A stretch of 64,000 bases of DNA, taken from positions 58,951 through 122,950 of the IMG/VR virus record IMGVR_UViG_3300017913_001781. One strand, given 5' to 3'. The notes beneath the pieces are model-generated. The model did no database searches and was not told the origin of the DNA. It saw only the letters and a list, made by a program, of their open reading frames with translations. How positions within the stretch are numbered: the stretch's first letter is position 1; the number at the start of each line of letters is the position of its first letter. Shown piece by piece: positions 46,254 through 54,581 of this stretch. The translations under genes were made by a program, and so were the position numbers. This DNA is from a virus. Taxonomy: Duplodnaviria; Caudoviricetes.

Positions 46254-47852
46254 ATGGCAGGATTTACAGACAGAAACGGGCCTTTGAGCACTGGCAGAAG
46301 GCCATTTAAGTTACGTGACTCGCTAAAGACGCTATCGTCCTTTGGTATGAGATACGATGACCTTGTCATACGCCAATCGCAGGCTATAGGTCCAATGGAG
46401 GATCTTTTTGGCTATGGTCAAATAAACCCAATGGGCGTAGATAATGATGACATCTACTCGGCATTTGCAGCAATGTCACTTACTGATATGCAGCTTAGAA
46501 AGAATATTCCTTTCTTTGACCAAGATTATGTCGCCAAGAGAGATGAGCTTAGAGAATTTTCACTACATGATGAAGTTGAAGACATTTTAGATATCCTTTG
46601 TGATGAAACTATAGTTTATGACGAGAAGAATTTCTTTGCTAGACCAGAGATTTTAGGTATGGAAGTTTCTGATAAAGTTGATAAGGATTTACTTAGCTAT
46701 TTTAATCAAATCTATCACTATTTTGGTTTTAACCAAGACCAATCAGCATGGTACTTTTTTAGAAAGTTCTTGATAGATGGTTATTTGTCTTTTGAGATTG
46801 TTTATAATCCTGACCAAACTGAGATTATTGGATTTAAAGAGTTAGACCCAACTACTTTGATTCCAGGTTATAACGATGATGATGGTAAAAAGGTTTGGGT
46901 TCAATTTAAAGATGATCCAATGAAAGAGAGAAAGCTTTATGATTCTCAAATTATTTACTTATCTTATTCTTCGATTACCACTGCTTCTAGAGTTTCTTAT
47001 GTTGAGCGTTTGATTAGAGCGTTTAATCTATTAAGAATTATGGAGCATACTAGAGTTATTTGGGCTGTAACTAACGCTTCATTTAGAATGAAGTTTATTA
47101 TTCCAGTTGGAGGTAAATCTAAGACTCGTGCTAAGCAATCTCTTGCCCAGCTTATGAATTCATACAAAGAAACAGTTGACTTTGATTGGGATTCTGGCAC
47201 TTTAGCAACCGATGGTAAGCCTATGCTTCAATTCAATAAAGAATATTGGTTGCCTTCTAAAGATGGAGATCAGCCAGAGATTGAAACACTTGGCGGAGAA
47301 GGTCCGGACTTATCTGACACCGAGGCGCTTAAGTACTTCTCAGATAAGTTAAAGCATGTTTCTAAGATTCCTTATTCTAGATTTTTATATGAAGATGGAG
47401 GAGGAGACTTTAACCTTGCGGCCGATGGTATGATTAGAGATGAAATTAAGTTTAGTAAGTTTATTAATAGACTTCGATCTGTATTCCAAGAGATTCTTGT
47501 TAAGCCGCTTTATATTCAAATGTGCTTAAAATATCCTGAGTTTGCCGAGGATCCTCAGTTTAAAACTCAAGTTTCTATGAAATTTAATGAGGATAATGCA
47601 TTTGCAGAACTTAAGACTATGGAAATTATGGAGCGCAGGCTTGACTTTATTTCATCTATGAGAGATAGCTTGATGATAACTAATCAAGAAACAATGGAAG
47701 AAGAATATTACTTTGATATGGAATTCCTAGTCAAGCGTTACCTCAATCTAACACCAGATGATATTGCAGCTAATGATGCAGCTAAATCAAAAACAAGCAA
47801 AAAAGATGCTGAAGCACCTATACCTGATGACGATATGGGATTTGGCTTCTAA
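46254..47852 (+). CDS. Portal protein (T4 gp20)
   Basis: EVEDILDILCDE, FRKFLIDG, SYVERLIRAFNLLRIME, EYWLP, IETLGG, IRDEIKFSKFINRLR. Confidence 0.93.
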   Translation: MAGFTDRNGPLSTGRRPFKLRDSLKTLSSFGMRYDDLVIRQSQAIGPMEDLFGYGQINPMGVDNDDIYSAFAAMSLTDMQLRKNIPFFDQDYVAKRDELREFSLHDEVEDILDILCDETIVYDEKNFFARPEILGMEVSDKVDKDLLSYFNQIYHYFGFNQDQSAWYFFRKFLIDGYLSFEIVYNPDQTEIIGFKELDPTTLIPGYNDDDGKKVWVQFKDDPMKERKLYDSQIIYLSYSSITTASRVSYVERLIRAFNLLRIMEHTRVIWAVTNASFRMKFIIPVGGKSKTRAKQSLAQLMNSYKETVDFDWDSGTLATDGKPMLQFNKEYWLPSKDGDQPEIETLGGEGPDLSDTEALKYFSDKLKHVSKIPYSRFLYEDGGGDFNLAADGMIRDEIKFSKFINRLRSVFQEILVKPLYIQMCLKYPEFAEDPQFKTQVSMKFNEDNAFAELKTMEIMERRLDFISSMRDSLMITNQETMEEEYYFDMEFLVKRYLNLTPDDIAANDAAKSKTSKKDAEAPIPDDDMGFGF

Positions 47853-47865
47853 CTTATAATTAATT

Positions 47866-48204
47866 ATGAAATATTTAAGACTATTTGAACAATTTATAAA
47901 AGAGGCTAAAGATTCAGTTTTAGCTGGAGATGACTCTAAAGTAGAAGTAGATTCCGTTATTACAGTAAAGGGCAAAAAGATTTCTGCTCAAGAAATTTTA
48001 GGGGCTATTATTTCTTCAGATACAGAGAAAGAAATTGAACAATATTTTTATGATAAGTATGGTGAAGGATCATTCTCTATTGAAGCTATGTCGGCTATAA
48101 AAAAAGCCTTTAACGACTATGGCGCCGAACAAGCTGAAGAAGAAAAGGAAAAAGAAAAAGAGGAGAAAGAAGCAGAAGAGGATGACGGCGGATTAGGTAT
48201 CTAA
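47866..48204 (+). CDS. Putative prohead core/internal protein
   Basis: Lies between portal and protease (the gp67/68 position), with leader MKYLRLFEQFIKE and an acidic tail. Confidence 0.55.
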   Translation: MKYLRLFEQFIKEAKDSVLAGDDSKVEVDSVITVKGKKISAQEILGAIISSDTEKEIEQYFYDKYGEGSFSIEAMSAIKKAFNDYGAEQAEEEKEKEKEEKEAEEDDGGLGI

Positions 48205-48235
48205 TCATTTGATGATTTTTACTACAAAGAAAGCA

Positions 48236-48243
48236 GATATATA
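48236..48243 (+). promoter_or_regulatory. Late promoter GATATATA (protease-scaffold)
   Basis: Recurrent octamer. Confidence 0.75.
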
Positions 48244-48262
48244 ACAAAAATAGACCCATATA

Positions 48263-50212
48263 ATGGCAGATTTAAAAAATTTATTGATAGTCGAGAGATC
48301 GTCTGGCAGCTTATCAGTTGCTGGTGAATCTAAAGACTATGTGCTAGAGGGTATTTTTGGAGAAATTGACTCTAAAAATAAAAACAATCGTATTTATACA
48401 GAAAGTGAATACGTCCCCCAAATTGAAGCACTACAAAATAAAATCAAGTCGTCTAAGCTTCTAGGAGAATTAGACCACCCTCAGCAATTTGATATTTCAT
48501 TAAAAAATGTTTCTCACGTGATCGAGGAACTTTTTTATGATGGAGACTCTAAGCAAGTAAGAGGTAGAATTAGACTACTTGATACTGATGCTGGAAGACA
48601 AGCTAAAGCGCTGGTTGATGCTGGTGTCCCATTGCAAATTTCTTCTAGAGCTGCTGGTACTGTAGAGTCCAGCGGAAAAGTAAAAATCAAGCAACTATTT
48701 ACTTATGACTTAGTTGCAGATCCTGGTTTCGAGAATGCCGAACTCTCAAGAGTAAATGAGTCATACGGTTTCTCTAATGATGAAAATTTATTCATCTACG
48801 AGATCGGATCTTCTCAAGTATTAGAAACAACAAACTCAAATCAAAATAATATTGAAAAAATGGAAGAATTTGTAAACGCAAATGACTTCAATAAGTATAC
48901 AGAGTACTTGGCTGAAGAGATTAAGACTCTAAAGAACTCTATCGATGAAGTCAAGACAGGATCTGATAACACTCCAGTTACAGAACAAATCCAAGAGGTT
49001 ATTGCTCATAACGATCACTTAGTTGAAAACATTAACAGAATCTCCGAGTACACTCAGTACTTGGCAGAACAGTTAGACAAGAATATTCAATATACTGAAT
49101 ACGTTGCTGAGCAGGCTGATAATGGTATTCAATACGCTGAGCACGTCGCAGAAAAGTTGGATCAGTCTATTCAATACTCTGAGCATATTGCAGAAAAGGC
49201 GGATCAAGGCATCCAATATTCTGAGCATGTTGCAGAAAAAGTTGATCAGTCTATTCAGTATACTGAAACTGTCGCTGAGTCAGTAAACAAGTTAAAAGAG
49301 TATGCTAACTATATTGCAGAAGCTAGCAACGAAGGTTTCACCGAGAACGATAAGTTGATTGAATATGTTGACTACTTGAAAGAGAACCTAGAATCAGTTA
49401 CAGAATATGCGCAATACATTGCTGAGTCTATCAACGAGAATCTAGTTACTGAAGAAGAAGGTACTGAGGCTGGTAAAGAAGTTGAAGATCTTGAAAAGGA
49501 CACTGAGGTTGGAGATAACTCTAAAGAAGGTGATGTATCTAAAGACATTGAAGATGCAACTACTGATGCAGAAGATCTAAAAGCTGATCTTAAAAAGTCA
49601 GACTCTGAAGTTGAAGATGAGACTAAGGATGGAGAAGATCCAGCTAAGTCTGATGTTGGCGAAGACGGAGCTCATGATCCACTAGAAGCTTACAAGACTG
49701 AGATTAGTTCTAAGCTTGATACTCTAGTTGAGAAGGCGCTAATTAAAGAAAACGAAAACCCATCATTCTTTAGAATCGTTTCAGGTTCTACTCAGTCTAA
49801 GTACAATGAGTTGAATGAGGATGCTAAGAAAGAAGTTAGACAAGCTGTTGCAAAGCGCGGTTTTATGACTGAGGCACAAATCGTTTCTCTAATCGAGTCT
49901 TCGCAGTTGATTGTTGAAAACAGAAATGCAGAGCCATTTGTTCTATCAGCAATGCCTTCTGAGTACAGAGAGCAATGGGAATCATTGTCAGAATCTAAGC
50001 AAGCACAAGTTCTTGCTCAGTCTAAGTACTTTACTCTAAACACTGAGTATCAAGTAGCTAACTTCTGGCAAACTAGAGACCTAAGAGAGTCTAAGCCTAA
50101 TATGGAAAGACTTGAAATGGTCAACGAAAAGAAGTCAGTTCAAGAAGAGACTAAGCCAATGTACGATGTTTCTGCTTATGCTGATCAATTAAAAAAGAGA
50201 TTTAAGAAATAA
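48263..50212 (+). CDS. Prohead protease (gp21-like) fused to scaffold (gp22-like)
   Basis: Protease motifs LEGIF, NKNNRIY, LGELDHP, VSH, ISSRAAG and YDLVADPGF, followed by about 450 aa of acidic coiled coil with 14-aa repeats. Confidence 0.88.
   Translation: MADLKNLLIVERSSGSLSVAGESKDYVLEGIFGEIDSKNKNNRIYTESEYVPQIEALQNKIKSSKLLGELDHPQQFDISLKNVSHVIEELFYDGDSKQVRGRIRLLDTDAGRQAKALVDAGVPLQISSRAAGTVESSGKVKIKQLFTYDLVADPGFENAELSRVNESYGFSNDENLFIYEIGSSQVLETTNSNQNNIEKMEEFVNANDFNKYTEYLAEEIKTLKNSIDEVKTGSDNTPVTEQIQEVIAHNDHLVENINRISEYTQYLAEQLDKNIQYTEYVAEQADNGIQYAEHVAEKLDQSIQYSEHIAEKADQGIQYSEHVAEKVDQSIQYTETVAESVNKLKEYANYIAEASNEGFTENDKLIEYVDYLKENLESVTEYAQYIAESINENLVTEEEGTEAGKEVEDLEKDTEVGDNSKEGDVSKDIEDATTDAEDLKADLKKSDSEVEDETKDGEDPAKSDVGEDGAHDPLEAYKTEISSKLDTLVEKALIKENENPSFFRIVSGSTQSKYNELNEDAKKEVRQAVAKRGFMTEAQIVSLIESSQLIVENRNAEPFVLSAMPSEYREQWESLSESKQAQVLAQSKYFTLNTEYQVANFWQTRDLRESKPNMERLEMVNEKKSVQEETKPMYDVSAYADQLKKRFKK
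49046..49321 (+). repeat. 42-bp (14-aa) tandem repeat, about 6.5 copies
   Basis: EYTQYLAEQLDKNI / QYTEYVAEQADNGI / QYAEHVAEKLDQSI / QYSEHIAEKADQGI / QYSEHVAEKVDQSI / QYTETVAESVNKLK / EYANYIAE. Confidence 0.92.
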
Positions 50213-50628
50213 TGAAATACGTAAAATTATTCGAACAGTTTCTCATAGCTGAGAAGTCAATTGACGTTCATGATAAAGTAAGGACTGACCCTGCATTTGC
50301 TAAAAAGATGTTACGCTATGCAGATGAAGAATCCGAAGGCGGCGCAGATTACCAAGAAAGCTACACTGTACAAACTAAACCACCTAATTGGGATGGACCT
50401 TTAATGACTTTCGGTACACTCGATGCTATATTTGGTATGTTAGGTCGTGATGTTGACGAGGCTCCTTTTGATTGGGGTGTAAATGTCCACCGCGAAGACG
50501 GAATTGAATACTTTGCTTATGATGAAGAGCATGTAATACCTTTTAAATTAAAAGGTGCTAAATTGGTAGATGTAATTAAAGTAATTACGCTTGCAATGAA
50601 AAAGGCTAAAGCATTATACGACAAATAA
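50212..50628 (+). CDS. Putative internal head protein
   Basis: Leader MKYVKLFEQFLIAE, located between scaffold and capsid genes. Confidence 0.55.
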   Translation: MKYVKLFEQFLIAEKSIDVHDKVRTDPAFAKKMLRYADEESEGGADYQESYTVQTKPPNWDGPLMTFGTLDAIFGMLGRDVDEAPFDWGVNVHREDGIEYFAYDEEHVIPFKLKGAKLVDVIKVITLAMKKAKALYDK

Positions 50629-50657
50629 CGAAAAGGATAAGAAAAATAATCAATAAA

Positions 50658-50665
50658 AATATATA
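50658..50665 (+). promoter_or_regulatory. Late promoter AATATATA (major capsid)
   Basis: Recurrent octamer. Confidence 0.7.
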
Positions 50666-50752
50666 AAACTATCGACGAATAGGGCGACAGAAGCAGAAAG
50701 CCCAAGTAAATGTCGAATTTAAACAAACCGCAAAAAAATAAAAAATTTAATT

Positions 50753-52285
50753 ATGCAAAAAATTAATGAAGCGGAAATCAGAAACACTTGGGCTCCAATT
50801 ATCGAGGAGGCTACTGGTATCTCTGATTCTAACAAATTGGCTTGGATGAGCGAATACTGCCACAATCACAAGCTTTACGAGGACGCAAACATCATGTCCT
50901 TATCAAACAACCCTGGTCCTATGAACCTAACCGGTATGGGCGCAGTTACTTTCCCAGGTGCAGCTAACACTGCAAATGTTGGAGGTTCTGGCACTAATGG
51001 TTCAGGCGACAAGGCTCCAACTCTATTGCCATTGGCAATGCAAGTTGCAGCTCAGACTATCGGTCTAGACTTGGTACCTGTTGTACCAATGGCTGGTCCT
51101 ATGGGTCTACTATCTTACCTAGACTTCACTTACGAAGGAGGTACAGTTGGTTTACAAAACAACGCAGCTTCAGAAGCACCTACTTACATCAAGGTTGCTG
51201 CTACTACAGCAACAGCTGACATCGCTGCTGCTGCAGACCACGCAGGTTACACCCACGAGGCTGCATCAAGAATTGATGGTAAGCAAATCTTTAAAGTAGA
51301 AGGCGCTATTGTTCAAACTACTGTTGCTCTTGACTTAGCATTTGCTTTAGGGGATGCCGAAGTTCCAGCAGAAGATGCAGACGAAGCTGCTGTTGCTGCA
51401 CAGGCAGAGGAAAATGCCGCTGCAGCTGATGCACTAGAAGTCGAATTGGTTAAGGCTCTTGACGATCACATCCCAGGTTTCTCTGGTAATGCTGATGGTT
51501 CTCCTTACTCAAGAGAAGACGGCGAAAGAACGGCTGACAGACTAATGGGCATGAGCCTATTCAGCAAGTCAGTTGCTGCTGAAACTTTCCAAGTTGCAGC
51601 TGCTGTTACTCGTGAGCAGGTTCAAGACTTGAAGCAATTCGGTGTTGACGCTGTTGCTCAGGTTGAGTCAGTTCTAACCAACGAGTTAACTCAGTCTATC
51701 AACGCTCACATCCTAAGATCAATGAGAGCACTTGCATCTGATAACGCTACTAAGGCTGGATTCACAGCATCTGTAAACCTTTCTGTTGCTGGATCTATTT
51801 ACGGTGGTGACACTAGAGGTGAAGCTCACAGAAGAATGTTAACTAACATCTTGGCTGCAGCTAACTTGATTGCTAACAGAGGTAGAAGAGGTGCTGGTAA
51901 CTTCGCTATCGTTGACGCTAAAGTTGCTTCAGCTATGCAGGGTATCGCTGGTTTCGTACCAAACCCAATGGCTAACACATTCAACCAGGTTGCAGGTGCA
52001 ATCTACCCAGTTGGATCTGTTGCAGGTATCAACCTTTACACTGATCCTCTAATGCCATTCAACGGTGTTGATAATAAGCACGAAATTCTAGTTGGTCGTA
52101 AGGGTGACGGTAACGGTCCTGGTCTAGTATTCATGCCTTACTTGATGGCTGAATCAGTACAAACTATCGCTGAGGGTACTATGGCTCCTAAGGTTGCAGT
52201 TAAGTCTCGCTATGCACTAGTTGAGGCTGGCTTCCACCCAGAGACTCAGTACATCTCATTCGATGTTGAAGGTCTAGAGCTATAA
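50753..52285 (+). CDS. Major capsid protein (T4 gp23-like)
   Basis: TWAPIIE, VPVVPMAGPMG, EQVQDLK..GVDA, ELTQSIN, RRGAGNF, FMPY and KSRYAL. Highly biased codon usage. Confidence 0.95.
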   Translation: MQKINEAEIRNTWAPIIEEATGISDSNKLAWMSEYCHNHKLYEDANIMSLSNNPGPMNLTGMGAVTFPGAANTANVGGSGTNGSGDKAPTLLPLAMQVAAQTIGLDLVPVVPMAGPMGLLSYLDFTYEGGTVGLQNNAASEAPTYIKVAATTATADIAAAADHAGYTHEAASRIDGKQIFKVEGAIVQTTVALDLAFALGDAEVPAEDADEAAVAAQAEENAAAADALEVELVKALDDHIPGFSGNADGSPYSREDGERTADRLMGMSLFSKSVAAETFQVAAAVTREQVQDLKQFGVDAVAQVESVLTNELTQSINAHILRSMRALASDNATKAGFTASVNLSVAGSIYGGDTRGEAHRRMLTNILAAANLIANRGRRGAGNFAIVDAKVASAMQGIAGFVPNPMANTFNQVAGAIYPVGSVAGINLYTDPLMPFNGVDNKHEILVGRKGDGNGPGLVFMPYLMAESVQTIAEGTMAPKVAVKSRYALVEAGFHPETQYISFDVEGLEL

Positions 52286-52316
52286 TCTTAAAGATTAGAA
52301 TTCAATACAATATAAG

Positions 52317-52345
52317 GAAAGCCCGCAAATGCGGGCTTTCTTTTT
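52317..52345 (+). terminator. Rho-independent terminator after the capsid gene
   Basis: GAAAGCCCGC-AAAT-GCGGGCTTTC-TTTTT. Confidence 0.9.
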
Positions 52346-52370
52346 GCTTCAAATTTAGATTTAACAAGAG

Positions 52371-52378
52371 GATATATA
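52371..52378 (+). promoter_or_regulatory. Late promoter GATATATA
   Basis: Recurrent octamer, after the capsid terminator. Confidence 0.75.
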
Positions 52379-52406
52379 CAAAAACGATAATACAATAATT
52401 ATTAAC

Positions 52407-54011
52407 ATGAAACTAAAGAATAAACTAAAAATGTTTGAGGAGTTTACTTCCGCTGAGAAGAACACTAAAACAACAATCGACTCAAAGGGAGCAGTAAAGA
52501 CTTCATCAAATCGAACTACAGCTATTTTAGATGACGTAGACGGCATTTTAAATAATTTAGAGGCTTTGTCTAAGCAAATTGACGAGGGTCAGTTGTTCGA
52601 AGCTGAAGGAGGTTTAGATGCACTATTTAAAAAACTAAATAGTATGATGGCTATAGCCCAATGCAGAGGTAAATGGAGAGAATATGAAAAATTAATGCAA
52701 GAGGCTAACGCTGATTTAATAGAAGTTCTTACATATGAAAAGGGAAAGAAAATAGCAGAAGCTATTGAAGCTTTAGAAAATAAAGCAGAATCAGCAGACG
52801 CAGATCAAAAGATAAAAATCAAAAAGAAAATAGCACAGGCTAAAGAACAAAAAGCTGAATTAAAAGCTATGATCGATTCTGATACTGTTAAAAAACAACA
52901 AAAATTAGATCAGTTTAAAACAGAATTAGGACAAGATGAACAGGAAATTATAAAGGATAACGGCGTAGGTCAGATTTACTTTAATGAAAAAAAGCAGCTT
53001 GAGGATAAAGTAACTTTAGAAGGTAAGACTAGTAAAGCTAAAATGGAACAAGAAAAGGGCAATAAAGAGGCTGCCCAAAAGCTTGCAGAAGAAATACAAA
53101 AAATAGAAAAAGCTGCAAAAGAAACTGCTAAAAAAATAGCAGATGGAGAAGCTGAATCAGAAGAAGATATTAAAGAGTTAAGAGGAGCGGCTCCATATCA
53201 ACAAGAAATAGTAGCTATTATTAGGAATAATAAACAAGTTAAAGTTATACAAAAAGAGGCAAAAGCTGCAGCTGAAAAATTAATAGCTACACCTAATGAA
53301 TCTTTAGAATTAAATAGTCTTCAAAGCATAAATGAAAATTTAGCTACTCTTATTTCAAAAGCAAAGGGTAAGGCAAATAAAAAGGCTTTACAAGATGCAA
53401 TTGATCTTGGAAAAAAACTTAAAACTGCAAGAGAAAAAGAATTAGAACTTAAAAAAGCACTAGCAGATAAAATAAAGGGTAAAGAAGTGCCCAAATCTAT
53501 TATTCAAATAGCGGGCGGAGATCCTGAGGCTGCAGAAGAAAAAGAAAACGGATTTGTTTTAAAAACATTTATTCAAAAATTTGGAGGAGGAACAGACATG
53601 CCATCTCCTGAAGAATTTGATAGTGTAAAATCTGTTAATAAACAAATTGAAGATGCCCAGGATGCCATAGCTCAAATAGATGGCGGCAGCCCCCCGCCGT
53701 CCCCAGCCGATGGCGGTGACGATCAACTAACCGACGATCAAAAACGAAGAATTCGAGAGGAAGAAACTGTAAGAGATGAACGTCAACGAGATTTGGACGC
53801 AGAAAAAGCTAAACCTGAATCAGAACAAAACCAACAAAGAATTCAAGGCTTGGAAGCTGGAATTGCTCAAAATAATGCAGATATTGAGGCTATTAGAAAT
53901 GAAGAACCACCTGCGGAATCTGTAAGTGTACCTAATTTTAATCAGTCTATTACAGAATCATATGCATTTAAATCAGGCTCTATTGCTGATAGATTTAAAA
54001 GATTACTATAA
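52407..54011 (+). CDS. Coiled-coil putative internal head protein
   Basis: Late motif at 52371, leader ...KMFEEFTSAE, K/E/A-rich helical sequence with LFE/INE/ITE sites. Confidence 0.55.
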   Translation: MKLKNKLKMFEEFTSAEKNTKTTIDSKGAVKTSSNRTTAILDDVDGILNNLEALSKQIDEGQLFEAEGGLDALFKKLNSMMAIAQCRGKWREYEKLMQEANADLIEVLTYEKGKKIAEAIEALENKAESADADQKIKIKKKIAQAKEQKAELKAMIDSDTVKKQQKLDQFKTELGQDEQEIIKDNGVGQIYFNEKKQLEDKVTLEGKTSKAKMEQEKGNKEAAQKLAEEIQKIEKAAKETAKKIADGEAESEEDIKELRGAAPYQQEIVAIIRNNKQVKVIQKEAKAAAEKLIATPNESLELNSLQSINENLATLISKAKGKANKKALQDAIDLGKKLKTAREKELELKKALADKIKGKEVPKSIIQIAGGDPEAAEEKENGFVLKTFIQKFGGGTDMPSPEEFDSVKSVNKQIEDAQDAIAQIDGGSPPPSPADGGDDQLTDDQKRRIREEETVRDERQRDLDAEKAKPESEQNQQRIQGLEAGIAQNNADIEAIRNEEPPAESVSVPNFNQSITESYAFKSGSIADRFKRLL

Positions 54012-54014
54012 ATA

Positions 54015-54521
54015 TTAAAGACGGCGTTTAGCGCCTTTCTTTGCAACTTTAAGGAACTCCTGTCTCTCATTGAGCAGGAGTTCTTTGCATTTCTTGCGAA
54101 ACTCAATTGAACTTTTAAGTATACGACTGTCCACCATTGGGGCGTTCAAAGTATCGTGATACTCTGGATGGACAAAGTTTTCTAAATCAAAATTCATAAA
54201 CTTGGCTTTGATGGGTCTTAGGCTTATAGCGCATTGCCAATCTATGTAGTTGGTCACTTCCTTAAACTCTTCTAAGCTGACAGGCTTCTTATTTTCCCAG
54301 TCATAATAAAGCCTAACTGAGGCGGCATCGCGCTGCCCAGGTCTTTGCATTTTTATGGCACACTCTATAAACTGATCGCTTTCGGCCCATCTTTTTATGT
54401 GTCTATGTTCAACTAGAAACTTTCTATGAACTTTTAATAGATTTCTTAGTATAACACCGTAACGATTTTTTGGGTAAGGCCCATTTGTCCTTTCTATCTT
54501 AATCCTTCTCCAATCTATCAT
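54015..54521 (-). CDS. Basic hypothetical protein, the only credible minus-strand gene
   Basis: Fills an otherwise empty 0.5-kb gap. The likely start is MIDWRRIKIE at 54521, after a GATAGATA late-like motif. The track start 54587 overlaps the next gene. Confidence 0.65.
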   Translation of the reverse strand: MIDWRRIKIERTNGPYPKNRYGVILRNLLKVHRKFLVEHRHIKRWAESDQFIECAIKMQRPGQRDAASVRLYYDWENKKPVSLEEFKEVTNYIDWQCAISLRPIKAKFMNFDLENFVHPEYHDTLNAPMVDSRILKSSIEFRKKCKELLLNERQEFLKVAKKGAKRRL

Positions 54522-54536
54522 ATAATATCTATCACG

Positions 54537-54564
54537 TAAACAATTTGTGCCTTTAGGCATATAA
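54537..54564 (+). promoter_or_regulatory. Middle-type promoter TAAAC-N18-TATAA (clamp loader)
   Basis: Motif and spacing match. Confidence 0.55.
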
Positions 54565-54581
54565 CTTACAAAGCTATAAAT

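Noticed and set aside
49046-49321. CRISPR-like array
   Set aside because: These are in-frame coding repeats with synonymous variation and no unique spacers
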